From contig NC_003450.3 of the NCBI RefSeq assembly GCF_000011325.1, forward strand, positions 2,940,001 to 2,972,000: a stretch of DNA of 32,000 nucleotides, read 5' to 3'. Of this stretch, positions 8,047 through 17,496 are shown in pieces. A program made the position numbers and the translations under genes. Every line of letters begins with the position of its first letter. Within the stretch, counting starts at the first letter, position 1. This stretch comes from Corynebacterium glutamicum ATCC 13032. GTDB lineage: Bacteria > Actinomycetota > Actinomycetes > Mycobacteriales > Mycobacteriaceae. The notes under the pieces were generated by a model. That model was not told where the DNA came from. It did no database searches and saw nothing but the letters and a program-made list of their open reading frames with translations.

Positions 8047-9189
8047 TTAAGAATCCTCACATTTCAAAGGTAGTGAAATAACTACTTTCCAGTATCCTTG
8101 CAGTGAAGTCACACAGACCTGTCCTTTAATATTACGTATCCTTCTGGTTAAGCTTTCTACGCCAATGCCCACACCTGGAATTGCGGACTCCCCATTTGCA
8201 TGCCAATCTCCAATAGGATTCATTACTAGAATCTGAAGAGACTGTGCTTTTTCTGTTATGCGAATAGTAACGTTTGCCTTGGGCGGAGAATGTTTAATTG
8301 CATTACAGACTGCCTCATTGAAGGCTAAAGCAAACGCCGTTTCAGCAATATGGTCCAGCTTATAGTTCTTTTTTCTACTGTCAAAGGAAACGACATGTCC
8401 TGCATCTACTAATAACTGAATGGCAGAATTAACCGTGTCATGAATAGAAACTGCAGCCCATGCTCCAAACGCTGTGGCTTTTTCAGCAGACTCCTCGACC
8501 ACGAGGTGTCTAACTAATTGATGCAAATCAGCCACTGCCTCTTGTCCAATTTTGGCAATACTGTTTAGTTTTTCTTGAATCTTTTTTGGATCAGGCTCTA
8601 GTTCAGTCAGCTTTGATTGAACTATCATTATTGCCAACGATCTTGCCATACTGTCATGCAAATAGTGCGCTATATCAGTACGGATTTTTTTGATGATTTC
8701 CTGCTGAGTAATTGCACGTTGCTTGCGTTCACTCAAAATTTTCCACCGACCTGCCCCTGTGCCAGCTGCTACAAGTATGAGCAAAATTTCGGTAATGAGA
8801 GATGGAGAGTCTTTAGCCTCAAGAGGCCTTTCCAAAGCTACCCCATAAGCAATTAAGATCCATTCAACTCCCAAAATCAATGCGAGAGCGAAGCGCCCAC
8901 GGCTTGTTGCGTATTCCACAGCAAGATAAACAATAAAACCAGTTAGGAGAAGATGGTCTGCCCAAGCATTAAGCCATACAGTCGCCACTAATGCGAGAGG
9001 TAAGGCGGCAACGGGAAAACGTACATTAATAAGTGGGATCATTGACAGCGCGATTACCTGGATGCCAAAATTTCCCAAGCCTATTGCAGGCATAGTTAAT
9101 GATAAAGTTATTAGGAACAAACTCGTTATACATTCGAGACTCCCATTATCTATATATCGAAGTAACGAGAAGAGTTTCTCCTTCTTCAT
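8047..9189 (-). CDS. cgtS6: Sensor histidine kinase, HisKA_3/NarL class, multi-TM N-terminus without an obvious extracytoplasmic domain
   Basis: The N-terminal ~165 aa consist of about 5 hydrophobic helices. The H-box is RTDIAHYLHDSMARSLAIM (HisKA_3 type) and the N-box is FNEAVCNAIKHS. A G-rich lid (IPGVGIGVESL) is present. The symbol comes from my memory of C. glutamicum cg3060 and is not verified. Confidence 0.9.
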   Translation of the reverse strand: MKKEKLFSLLRYIDNGSLECITSLFLITLSLTMPAIGLGNFGIQVIALSMIPLINVRFPVAALPLALVATVWLNAWADHLLLTGFIVYLAVEYATSRGRFALALILGVEWILIAYGVALERPLEAKDSPSLITEILLILVAAGTGAGRWKILSERKQRAITQQEIIKKIRTDIAHYLHDSMARSLAIMIVQSKLTELEPDPKKIQEKLNSIAKIGQEAVADLHQLVRHLVVEESAEKATAFGAWAAVSIHDTVNSAIQLLVDAGHVVSFDSRKKNYKLDHIAETAFALAFNEAVCNAIKHSPPKANVTIRITEKAQSLQILVMNPIGDWHANGESAIPGVGIGVESLTRRIRNIKGQVCVTSLQGYWKVVISLPLKCEDS

Positions 9190-9262
9190 TTTTTACTTTC
9201 ATCTCCCTGGGCGTGATTAGTCTGTAATGAAGAATCTCAAGTTAAGCGTGTATCGCCCCCTC

Positions 9263-9883
9263 TCAAAGTCGGGTCGATGCTACGAGTTCCAGACGACTTG
9301 ATACCTGAAATCGTTGCATCAATCGACTAACGGATTTTTTGACTGAAACTGTCGATAATTTCAGCTCTGCAGCGATATCTGCATTACTCTTCCCCAAATG
9401 AAGAAGGGTGAGAACATCTCGCTCTCTGGTCGGAAGATCACTTATGGAGGAAGGAGGCTGCGACAAAAATTTACGTAAATTTGTTGCTATTTCAGGGGAG
9501 ATGGTAGTTCCCCCCATAGCTGCTGATTGGACAGCTTCTATTATCTCATCTCGGTCGGCACTTTTGAGTAAAAATCCAAAGGCCCCAAATTGAAGCATAG
9601 AGAGCATCGCATAATCATCTAGAAAAGAAGTTAATGCTAGCACTCTGCAGGTAAGTTTCTTTTCAGCAAGTATTTTCATCAACTCCACACCGCTCAAAAG
9701 TGGCATACGAACATCACATAACACCACATCCACGATAGTCTTTGATAGAATGTCTAGCGCTTGCACGCCGTTCTCTGCCGTTGCGACGACATTGATGTTC
9801 TCATTAGTGGAAAAATAAGTTTCAAGTGCATTAATGAAAAAGGGTTCATCATCAACAATTAGAACTTGAATCGGGCCAAGCAT
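9263..9883 (-). CDS. cgtR6: Response regulator, NarL/LuxR family (REC + LuxR HTH)
   Basis: REC motifs are present: IQVLIVDDEPFF, DVVLCDVRMPLLSG (phospho-acceptor Asp), and ALTSF. The C-terminal LuxR HTH is ERDVLTLLHLGKSNADIAAELKLSTVSVKKSVSRLMQRF. It lies 73 nt upstream of the kinase on the same strand. The symbol comes from my memory of cg3061. Confidence 0.9.
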   Translation of the reverse strand: MLGPIQVLIVDDEPFFINALETYFSTNENINVVATAENGVQALDILSKTIVDVVLCDVRMPLLSGVELMKILAEKKLTCRVLALTSFLDDYAMLSMLQFGAFGFLLKSADRDEIIEAVQSAAMGGTTISPEIATNLRKFLSQPPSSISDLPTRERDVLTLLHLGKSNADIAAELKLSTVSVKKSVSRLMQRFQVSSRLELVASTRL

Positions 9884-10351
9884 GAGAGAATCCTAACTAT
9901 GAAAAAGGAAGAGTGAGCGCAGTATATTTATGCTCATATCATTGATTTTAAGATCTGCCATAACTGGGTAAAACGTGAATACTTCCACTACTTTCCGAGT
10001 CGACGTAAATCTCTTGCGAAGCTCGCCTTTCAACGGCTAGGTACACCTAGAGTCCACTTCTCCCGAAATTCTATATTCCGGGAAATTACTGCTAGATAAG
10101 TACACGTTGTTGCATATGATACAAGATCCCATGAGGATAGTGTTCTTCACATGATGCATTTAATTCTGATTCAGACATGCATCTTTGCTTTGGTCACATA
10201 ATCACTGATGCGCTTGATTACTTCTCAGCCTCGCCCCGCCCGGCCAATCGGTCAACCTGGTATTTTCGGCAACCACGTCCACCGAAACCTAATTAATCTG
10301 TCCATCGTGGACTTTCCCATCAAACCGGAGCCATTAATGGACTTGCCAAAA

Positions 10352-10404
10352 GAAAAACTCCCCGACTGTTGGAATCTGATTTCTCAGGCCGACTTCCGGG
10401 GAGT
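10352..10404 (-). terminator. Possible intrinsic terminator of purA (long-loop hairpin + T-run)
   Basis: On the minus strand, ACTCCCCG (plus 10397-10404) pairs with CGGGGAGT (plus 10357-10364). A T-run follows (TTTTTCTTTT on the minus strand; its first five T are plus A 10352-10356). The structure starts 28 nt after the purA stop. The 32-nt loop is long, so confidence is modest. Confidence 0.4.
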
Positions 10405-10431
10405 GGAGAAACTCACTGATGTTTATCAGTA

Positions 10432-11724
10432 CTAGTTGTCAGCTAGTACGTCATGCAGGACGATGGTCTGATCGCGACCAGGTCCAACACCGATGTAGGA
10501 GAAGCGAGCACCAGAGAGTTCTTCCAGACGTCGGACGTAGTCCTGGGCCTTTTGTGGAAGATCCTCGAAGGTCTTGCAGTCGGTGATGTCTTCGTCCCAT
10601 GCAGGCATGGTTTCAAAGATTGGGGTTGCGTGGTGGAACTCTGACTGGGTCAGTGGCATTTCATCGTGGCGAACACCATCAACGTCGTAAGCTACGCAGA
10701 TTGGGATTTCACCGATGCCGGTGAGCACGTCTAGCTTGGTCAGGAAGTAGTCGGTGAATCCGTTGACGCGGGATGCGTAACGAGCAATCACGGAGTCGTA
10801 CCAGCCACAGCGACGCTTACGGCCGGTGTTCACGCCGACCTCGCCACCGACGGTCTGCAGGTACTCGCCCCACTTATCAAACAGCTCAGTTGGGAATGGG
10901 CCGGCACCAACACGAGTGGTGTAGGCCTTGATGATACCCAAGGAGCTGGTGATCTTGGTTGGGCCGATACCTGAACCAACACTTGCGCCACCGGCGGTTG
11001 GGTTGGAGGAGGTGACGAATGGGTAGGTGCCGTGGTCCACGTCGAGCATGGTTGCCTGGCCACCTTCCATAAGAACGTGCTTGCCCTGATCAAGTGCCTC
11101 GTTGAGCACCAAGGTGGCATCGATGACCATGGGGCGCAGACGATCAGCGTAGGAGAGGAAGTACTGCACGATTTCCTCAGCGACGATGGCCTTGCGGTTG
11201 TACATCTTCACCAGCACCTGGTTTTTGTAATCCAGGGCGGATTCGACTTTTTGACGAAGGATGGATTCGTCGAAAATGTCTTGAACACGGATTCCCACGC
11301 GGGATACTTTGTCCGCGTAGGTTGGGCCGATGCCACGGCCGGTGGTGCCGATTGCGCGCTTGCCCAGGAAGCGTTCCTGAACACGGTCCATCACCTGGTG
11401 GTATGGAGCAACCAGGTGAGCGTTTGCAGAGATGCGCAGGCGGGATGCATCCGCACCGCGAGCCTCAAGGCCGTCGATTTCTTCGAACAGTGCCTCAAGG
11501 TTGATCACAACGCCGTTGCCCAAAATTGGGGTGGCCGTTTCGGAGAGGACGCCGGCAGGAAGGAGCTTTAGCTCGTACTTCTCGCCGCCGACCACAACAG
11601 TGTGTCCAGCGTTGTTACCGCCATTGGGCTTAACCACGTAATCGACGAGTCCGCCGAGAATATCCGTGGCCTTACCTTTGCCTTCATCGCCCCATTGAGC
11701 GCCGACAATAACGATTGCAGCCAT
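10432..11724 (-). CDS. purA: Adenylosuccinate synthetase
   Basis: [21 protein letters not shown] (P-loop GDEGKGK) is present, along with [18 protein letters not shown], and full-length PurA colinearity over 430 aa. Confidence 0.97.
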   Translation of the reverse strand: MAAIVIVGAQWGDEGKGKATDILGGLVDYVVKPNGGNNAGHTVVVGGEKYELKLLPAGVLSETATPILGNGVVINLEALFEEIDGLEARGADASRLRISANAHLVAPYHQVMDRVQERFLGKRAIGTTGRGIGPTYADKVSRVGIRVQDIFDESILRQKVESALDYKNQVLVKMYNRKAIVAEEIVQYFLSYADRLRPMVIDATLVLNEALDQGKHVLMEGGQATMLDVDHGTYPFVTSSNPTAGGASVGSGIGPTKITSSLGIIKAYTTRVGAGPFPTELFDKWGEYLQTVGGEVGVNTGRKRRCGWYDSVIARYASRVNGFTDYFLTKLDVLTGIGEIPICVAYDVDGVRHDEMPLTQSEFHHATPIFETMPAWDEDITDCKTFEDLPQKAQDYVRRLEELSGARFSYIGVGPGRDQTIVLHDVLADN

Positions 11725-11843
11725 TGGTTTACGTCACATCCGATCCATGAAGTTGGAGTATGCACGCGTGTGCGCACACAGACGTTATTTCATCTTACTA
11801 TCCCATGTGAGGTTTTTAATCATCGCGATACTAAGCTTGCGGT

Positions 11844-12695
11844 ATGCGTCTTCTGGTTTTGCGGTGCGATGCCCCACACATCAACGAATTCCCTGCCCTT
11901 TCCACCTCTGTGGAGATCCACGATTTGCCTGCGGTGCCCACCCGAAAAGACCTCAAAATTCTTGATGATGTGGCCTTTGATGTGCTCCCTCAGGATCCCA
12001 CGCCTTCTCTCGATGAGATCGCCAAGCAGCCTGATGTCGAGCATTTGAGCAGCCCTAAGTTTGCGCCACAACAGCCTGAAACCCGTTTGCGCATCGTGGT
12101 GATCGGTTCGGATGCAGCGCTGTCTGCGGTCCTGACTCGTCTCATGCGCGCCGATAATTTGTGGGCGGAGATTGGATTCGTGCCCGTTGGTCCTTCAACG
12201 GCTGCGAAGAACTGGGGTCTGCCCGCCGATGAGGCTGCCGCGCTTGAGCTCGCACTGACCGGATTGGTCAATCCTGCCCCGCTCATCCGCGATGACGTTG
12301 CGGTCGCCGTCGCCGGTTCAGCCACCATCACCAACTGGGAGCCGGGTGAGATCACCGGCGAAGTCATCGTCGATGATCATGTTCTCATCCGCCACGAGGC
12401 TGCCTCGAAGGCCCCACGCCGTGGCGTCTACGGTGCCCGCTTGGTGCCGATGCTTGACGCCCCAGGCATCGCTGCGGTCATCATGGACACTCCCCTGCCC
12501 GGCGAGGTGCCCTCCCGCAGCCTGTTCCCTCGCCCCTCGGGCTCGGTTATTCCAGAGAGCTTTTCGACGGGCCGTGCCATGCAAGCCGGCGGCCCCTCGC
12601 TACAAATCCGGGTTGACGGAATTTCCCGCAAACGTAAAGTGGAGCGCGTTACCTTCTATCGACATTTGCGCGATCTCCAAATCGTGCGGCCGTAA
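11844..12695 (+). CDS. Conserved hypothetical protein, divergent from purA
   Basis: ATG-initiated 283-aa ORF located 119 nt from the purA start on the opposite strand. Its composition is coding-like for this genome. It contains a nucleotide-binding-like stretch [23 protein letters not shown] cannot assign a family with certainty. Confidence 0.7.
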   Translation: MRLLVLRCDAPHINEFPALSTSVEIHDLPAVPTRKDLKILDDVAFDVLPQDPTPSLDEIAKQPDVEHLSSPKFAPQQPETRLRIVVIGSDAALSAVLTRLMRADNLWAEIGFVPVGPSTAAKNWGLPADEAAALELALTGLVNPAPLIRDDVAVAVAGSATITNWEPGEITGEVIVDDHVLIRHEAASKAPRRGVYGARLVPMLDAPGIAAVIMDTPLPGEVPSRSLFPRPSGSVIPESFSTGRAMQAGGPSLQIRVDGISRKRKVERVTFYRHLRDLQIVRP

Positions 12696-12709
12696 AACAA
12701 GGAGCCAGC

Positions 12710-12976
12710 ATGGCACCAGCGACATCTCTCCCGCTTGAATCAGGAAATAATATTCTCTTCCCGCCAATGTATGACCTTGTTTGGTCTGTGATTCCCTTCG
12801 TCATTCTCTTGGTTGTGGCCATCACCGTCGCAACTGTGGAATACACGAGAAAACGGGATGTAGTGGCTTCATTGGGCTGGGGAGCTCTCGTGTTGTTCCT
12901 CCCCATCATCGGATTTGTCATTTGGGCAGTAGCAGCGCTTATTCGCCGTGAAAACCGAACCGCGATAAAAGGCTAG
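12710..12976 (+). CDS. Small membrane protein with PLDc_N-like (cardiolipin synthase N-terminal) domain
   Basis: AAGGAG RBS precedes ATG 12710. There are two TM helices. The C-terminal helix [27 protein letters not shown] resembles the PLDc_N pattern. It lies 14 nt after the preceding ORF. Confidence 0.7.
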   Translation: MAPATSLPLESGNNILFPPMYDLVWSVIPFVILLVVAITVATVEYTRKRDVVASLGWGALVLFLPIIGFVIWAVAALIRRENRTAIKG

Positions 12977-14142
12977 TCTTCGTCATCCCACAGCTCCGGA
13001 GGGTAAGCCGGACTCTCTGAGGTCGGAACCAACACTGCCACCGCAGATTCCCTGGACATGCCGCAGATCTGCAACAGGTCCACAATGATGGATCGCGATT
13101 GCGCCAAAATTACTTGTGCGGATAGCACTCGATCTTCGGCGATGTCCTCGCCCACTTCACTGCCCAGTTGACGCAGTCGGTTAACCAACTCAGGAATTTC
13201 CAGTGCTTCACTGATTTCTTTGTGGTGCTCATAAAGGTCTGACAGTCGCAGTGCAATGTCTGCGATTTCCTCAATCACGTGGATTTGTTCATCACTGACG
13301 GTGTCATTGTCTTCGGTCAGCACCACTGCCCGTCGCGCAAGGACTCGAGCATTTCGGATGACGTTGTCCACTGGCGCCAGAATGCGATACAGCGATCTCA
13401 CGCGGGCCCTATCTCCCCATAAAAATGGCGATACGGTGGTTGCTTCCTTGCCTGAAGATGCCGCAGTTTCCAGCTTGTTCACCGACGCCTGCGACCTTCT
13501 CAATGCTTCCAAAGCATTGTTGAGTTTGGCTGCATCCTTGGCTTTTAGGGAAGCTGCCACGTCTTCCAGCACACTAGCTGCGATCCCCAAAACGTTGGCC
13601 ACTTGATGCCGGCCTGCGTCAAGAGGAGATGAGGGAAGAAGTGCGATGACCAAAATTCCCACGCCACCACCAATGAAGGCGTCGATCATACGGTCAATGC
13701 TTCCACCATCACCTGGCGGGAACATCGTGGCAATCAAAATGCCACCAATGGCCATCTGATTACTCACCAACGGTGCCGGTGAAACAAACGAGGCCACCAG
13801 CAGCGCTAATCCAACTACCACAAATATCTGCCAATAGCCCGTGCCGATTTGCATGATCAGTAAATCACCCAAACCAACGCCTAAAGCACAGCCCAGGGTG
13901 AGTTCCGTGGCTCTTTTGATGCGGTCTCCTCCGGAGAGACCCAAAATAATCACCGCGGACATCGGTGCGAAAAACGGTTGTCCGTGTTTGATCACTTCCA
14001 CGGCGATCCAATACGCCACACCCGCACCAATTGCGGAATGAACAATAAACAGCAGTCGGGAACGAACCCGCAGCAATCTATTGCGCAGGGACTTATCCAG
14101 TTCAGACAGTCTGGCGACAGTCCCCAGTTTCTTCTTTGCCAT
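12973..14142 (-). CDS. FUSC/aromatic-acid-exporter-like integral membrane protein
   Basis: [51 protein letters not shown]...[13 protein letters not shown] is the typical FUSC_2/ArAE N-terminus. About 5 TM helices follow, then a long cytoplasmic helical tail. The family call is by pattern only. Confidence 0.8.
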   Translation of the reverse strand: MAKKKLGTVARLSELDKSLRNRLLRVRSRLLFIVHSAIGAGVAYWIAVEVIKHGQPFFAPMSAVIILGLSGGDRIKRATELTLGCALGVGLGDLLIMQIGTGYWQIFVVVGLALLVASFVSPAPLVSNQMAIGGILIATMFPPGDGGSIDRMIDAFIGGGVGILVIALLPSSPLDAGRHQVANVLGIAASVLEDVAASLKAKDAAKLNNALEALRRSQASVNKLETAASSGKEATTVSPFLWGDRARVRSLYRILAPVDNVIRNARVLARRAVVLTEDNDTVSDEQIHVIEEIADIALRLSDLYEHHKEISEALEIPELVNRLRQLGSEVGEDIAEDRVLSAQVILAQSRSIIVDLLQICGMSRESAVAVLVPTSESPAYPPELWDDED

Positions 14143-14189
14143 GGCCTCAAGATTAGCTATGCATATTCACAAGAGCATGAGAAGACACG

Positions 14190-14227
14190 AAAAAGGGCAG
14201 TCCCCCTGATGCGGAACTGCCCTTTTT
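14190..14227 (-). terminator. Intrinsic terminator downstream of fda (bidirectional shape)
   Basis: AAAAAGGGCAGT (14190-14201) and ACTGCCCTTTTT (14216-14227) form a 12-bp stem (GC-rich core GGGCAGT/ACTGCCC) around a 14-nt loop. U-runs are available on both strands. The structure lies 11 nt after the fda stop. Confidence 0.8.
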
Positions 14228-14238
14228 AACTGCTGAGA

Positions 14239-15273
14239 TTACTTAGAGGTGGTCTTTCCAACAGACTTGAGGTCCTGGCAAGACTCGATAATGCGCTCAG
14301 ACATGCTCTGCTCAGCCTTCTTCATGTAAGAGCGTGGGTCGTAAGCCTTCTTGTTTCCGACCTCGCCGTCGATCTTGAGAACGCCGTTGTAGTTCTCAAA
14401 CATGTGGGAGACGATTGGGCGGGTGAATGCGTACTGGGTGTCAGTATCAACGTTCATCTTGATGACGCCGTAGGTCAGCGCCTCTTCGATCTTTTCCTTC
14501 TCGGAGCCTGAGCCACCGTGGAAGACGAAGTCGAATGGAAGTGCGTCGTCTGCAAGTCCAAGCTTCTTGCGTGCAACCTGCTGGCCCTCAAGGAGGACCT
14601 CTGGGCGCAGCTTGACGTTGCCTGGCTTGTAAACGCCGTGGACGTTACCGAAGGTAGCTGCTAGCAGGTAGCGGCCCTTCTCACCGGTGCCGATTGCATC
14701 GATGGTCTTCTCAAAGTCTTCTGGGGAGGTGTAGAGGTTTGCGCCAGCCTTAGCCTCAACGCCGTCTTCTTCGCCACCGACAACACCGATCTCAACTTCC
14801 AAGATGATGTTCGCTGCCTTGGCCTTAGCCAGCAGCTCCTGTGCGATTTCGAGGTTCTCGTCGATTGGGACAGCGGAACCATCCCACATGTGGGACTGGA
14901 ACAGTGGAAGCTCGCCGCGGTCGACGCGCTCCTGGGAGATAGCCAGCAGTGGGCGGACGTACTCGTCCAGGACTTCCTTCTGGCAGTGGTCAGTGTGCAG
15001 AGCAACGTTGATGCCGTAGCTCTTTGCTGCCTCGTGGGCGAAGGCTGCAAGCGCAACTGCGCCCTTGACCTTGTTCTTTACTGCCAGGCCGGAACCGAAC
15101 TCTGCACCACCGGTGGAGAACTGGATGATTCCGTCAGATTCAGCCTCTGCGAAGCCCTTGAGAGCTGCGTTGATGGTTTCCGAGGAGGTGCAGTTGATGG
15201 CTGGGAAGGCGAATCCGCCTTCCTTAGCACGATCGAGCATCTCGTTATAGACCTCGGGAGTTGCGATAGGCAT
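14239..15273 (-). CDS. fda: Class II fructose-1,6-bisphosphate aldolase
   Basis: MPIATPEVYNEMLDRAKEGGFAFPAINC..., HTDHC (a zinc ligand), and FHGGSGS are present, with colinearity to class II FBA. The preferred start ATG 15273 has GGAGGAG upstream. The track ORF to 15303 adds 10 aa that are unlikely to be real. Confidence 0.95.
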   Translation of the reverse strand: MPIATPEVYNEMLDRAKEGGFAFPAINCTSSETINAALKGFAEAESDGIIQFSTGGAEFGSGLAVKNKVKGAVALAAFAHEAAKSYGINVALHTDHCQKEVLDEYVRPLLAISQERVDRGELPLFQSHMWDGSAVPIDENLEIAQELLAKAKAANIILEVEIGVVGGEEDGVEAKAGANLYTSPEDFEKTIDAIGTGEKGRYLLAATFGNVHGVYKPGNVKLRPEVLLEGQQVARKKLGLADDALPFDFVFHGGSGSEKEKIEEALTYGVIKMNVDTDTQYAFTRPIVSHMFENYNGVLKIDGEVGNKKAYDPRSYMKKAEQSMSERIIESCQDLKSVGKTTSK

Positions 15274-15520
15274 AAGGTGTCTCCTCCAAAAGGTGACTGT
15301 CACTGAACTATGTATGTAATTTCATCATGCAGAAACATGGTGAAGCGCGAACCGATAATCCCACATTCACAATGTCTGATTCTGTTGGATCAAACATTGA
15401 TTGTGGCATCTTCAGTTGCCTATAGCCAATTATGCCTGCATCACTCAACTTTTGTCGTGTGATATTTCCTTCAACCTAAGGAAAATGCATAAACGCAGGT
15501 CAGCACATACACTATCGGGG

Positions 15521-16774
15521 CTATCGGGAGCGACCGGTGTAACTATTGCCGTTGTTTTCCAGTTCTTCGGCCACTTTCGCTGCTGCTTCCATGAGCATCC
15601 AACCGGACAATTGCACGGACAGATCACGTTCATCCACGCGCACAACACTCACCAGATCGCTCAAACTAGAGGAACTCAAACCAAAGTTTTGTGGCAGGCG
15701 TGCATCCGTTGTCCAGTCTGTGGCGAATACCGGAAGGCCATCAACTTCCAATCGGTGGTTCCATACGCTTTCCGCCGATTCCAGTACCAGGCGTGCTGCA
15801 ATCTTTTTGGTTTCCCGGTTGGTTGGTGAATCGTCAGGCAGGCGGATGGCCACATCAGCTAAATAGCGGACCAAAATGCCCTTGAACAAACCGCCGTCGC
15901 CGTCACCGGTGTCCCAATCAATAACGCCGTGGAAGTTGGTCATCTTCCGCGACACAGCCTGAACCACAGCGTGGATGTGTGCAAAGTATTTGAGGGAGTC
16001 TTCTGCCTTATCGGCATCCGACCAGTGATCCACCACAGTAGTGGTCAAGCCTGCGCGCTCACGCAGTTTGAGAGCAATTTCCAAACACGCACCAATGGCG
16101 ACACCTTGGCAATACGGGTGGATGGAACGGACAAGCTCAGGTCCGTGCATGCGCATGCGCAATCCGTCCATCACAAGGCCGTCGCCATCGATCAGGTTGT
16201 CAAAAATCCAATCGGTGATTTTCATAGCCTCGTCCAAACGGTCGGTGCGGGCCATCATGATCGCAGCAGGACCGTTGGAGGGAACGTTGTAGAAGGTTTC
16301 GCCGGAACGCCACGGCAGCACACCAGTAAGGGAATCAATGCCATCGACGATGTTTTGTTCCAACGAGGGCAATGATTTTGGTGTGCGCACCTTTCGCACT
16401 TTTCCGGCACGCCCAAGAGCAAGGGCCAGCCAAGCTTTGTCGTCGTAATAACGATTCGAGGTCAGCTTGCCCACATTGCGCACCGAAATGCCGCGGATGG
16501 TGTCCCTGATGCGGTCGCGACGGGCCTTTGTGGTGCGTCGACGAGCAGCATCCACCAGGCAGTCTAGATAATGCGCTTGCCACCAGTAGTGCCAGTGGAT
16601 AAACAGTTTTTCTTTGGCGTTGGATGGCCATGCCACAAACCCAAGATTTGTTCGAGGCAGACCCCAAACCCTCGCGGAATGCCTTTCGTTGATGGCGGAT
16701 TCCGCTAGGTCAGCTCTGTTTACCCATTTGTCTAACACTGAGTGTTTCTTCGCTCCAATGCAGGTGTTGTACAA
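15521..16774 (-). CDS. Glycoside hydrolase family 76-like protein (alpha-1,6-mannanase fold)
   Basis: WHYWWQAHYLDCLVDAA and the GH76 catalytic Asp pair context NRYYDDKAWLALAL are present. The synteny position matches mycobacterial Rv0365c near fba (from memory). The start is uncertain: TTG 16774 or GTG 16738. No signal peptide is evident. Confidence 0.8.
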   Translation of the reverse strand: MYNTCIGAKKHSVLDKWVNRADLAESAINERHSARVWGLPRTNLGFVAWPSNAKEKLFIHWHYWWQAHYLDCLVDAARRRTTKARRDRIRDTIRGISVRNVGKLTSNRYYDDKAWLALALGRAGKVRKVRTPKSLPSLEQNIVDGIDSLTGVLPWRSGETFYNVPSNGPAAIMMARTDRLDEAMKITDWIFDNLIDGDGLVMDGLRMRMHGPELVRSIHPYCQGVAIGACLEIALKLRERAGLTTTVVDHWSDADKAEDSLKYFAHIHAVVQAVSRKMTNFHGVIDWDTGDGDGGLFKGILVRYLADVAIRLPDDSPTNRETKKIAARLVLESAESVWNHRLEVDGLPVFATDWTTDARLPQNFGLSSSSLSDLVSVVRVDERDLSVQLSGWMLMEAAAKVAEELENNGNSYTGRSR

Positions 16775-16827
16775 CTAAATACGACACCCAAAAGTATAAC
16801 GAAAGTCTAACGATCTAGGGTATAAAA

Positions 16828-17496
16828 TTACCAGGCTTGCGATAAGTCGGCATGTTGACGAATCCATGCATGCATTGCAATACCAGCAGCTACACCCGCG
16901 TTGATGGATCGAGTGGAACCAAATTGGGCAATCGAACAGGTCATTAACGCACCTGCACGCGCAGCTTCGGTGACACCTGGGCCTTCCTGACCAAACAGCA
17001 ACAGGCAGTTCTTCGGCAACTCAGCGGTTTCCAAAGGCACGGAACCTGGGGTGTTATCGATCGCGACGATGGTAAGCCGCTCCGCGATTGCCCACGCAAG
17101 CAGCGAATCAACGTCTTCGTGGTGCATGAGGTGCTGGTAACGGTCAGTCACCATGGCTCCCCTGCGGTTCCACCGACGCCTGCCCACAATGTGGACTGTG
17201 TTCACGGCAAAGGCGTTGGCGGTGCGCACGACGGTGCCGATGTTGGCGTCGTTTTCAAAGTTTTCGATCGCTACGTGGAGGCTGTGGCGGCGGGTGTCGA
17301 TATCTTCAACAATCGCCTCACGGGTCCAATAACGATAGGCGTCAACAACGTTGCGGCGATCGCCCTCGTTGAGGAGGGTGACGTCGAAAAGCGGGCTTGT
17401 AGGCCGAGGTACGCCGGGGTTTTCCTCTTCCCATGGACCTTTGCCCACGCGGGACTCGCCCCACTCCGTGGGGCCGGGGGTGTTAGTTGAGTCCAA
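16828..17496 (-). CDS. SpoU/TrmH-family RNA 2'-O-methyltransferase
   Basis: SpoU motifs are present: NIGTVVRTANAF, LLLFGQEGPGV, and IAQFGSTRSINAGVAAGIAMHAW. The track ORF (to 17625) overlaps pyrE by 143 nt. Candidate starts are TTG 17496 (14-nt overlap), ATG 17553 and GTG 17448. The start is unresolved. Confidence 0.85.
   Translation of the reverse strand: MDSTNTPGPTEWGESRVGKGPWEEENPGVPRPTSPLFDVTLLNEGDRRNVVDAYRYWTREAIVEDIDTRRHSLHVAIENFENDANIGTVVRTANAFAVNTVHIVGRRRWNRRGAMVTDRYQHLMHHEDVDSLLAWAIAERLTIVAIDNTPGSVPLETAELPKNCLLLFGQEGPGVTEAARAGALMTCSIAQFGSTRSINAGVAAGIAMHAWIRQHADLSQAW

Noticed and set aside
10208-10435. 75-aa ORF on the + strand between the island and purA
   Set aside because: It has no RBS, spans the candidate purA terminator region and overlaps the purA stop. 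It is most likely non-coding.
11032-11571. 179-aa ORF on the + strand
   Set aside because: It is antisense to purA, whose identity is unambiguous. This is a shadow ORF.
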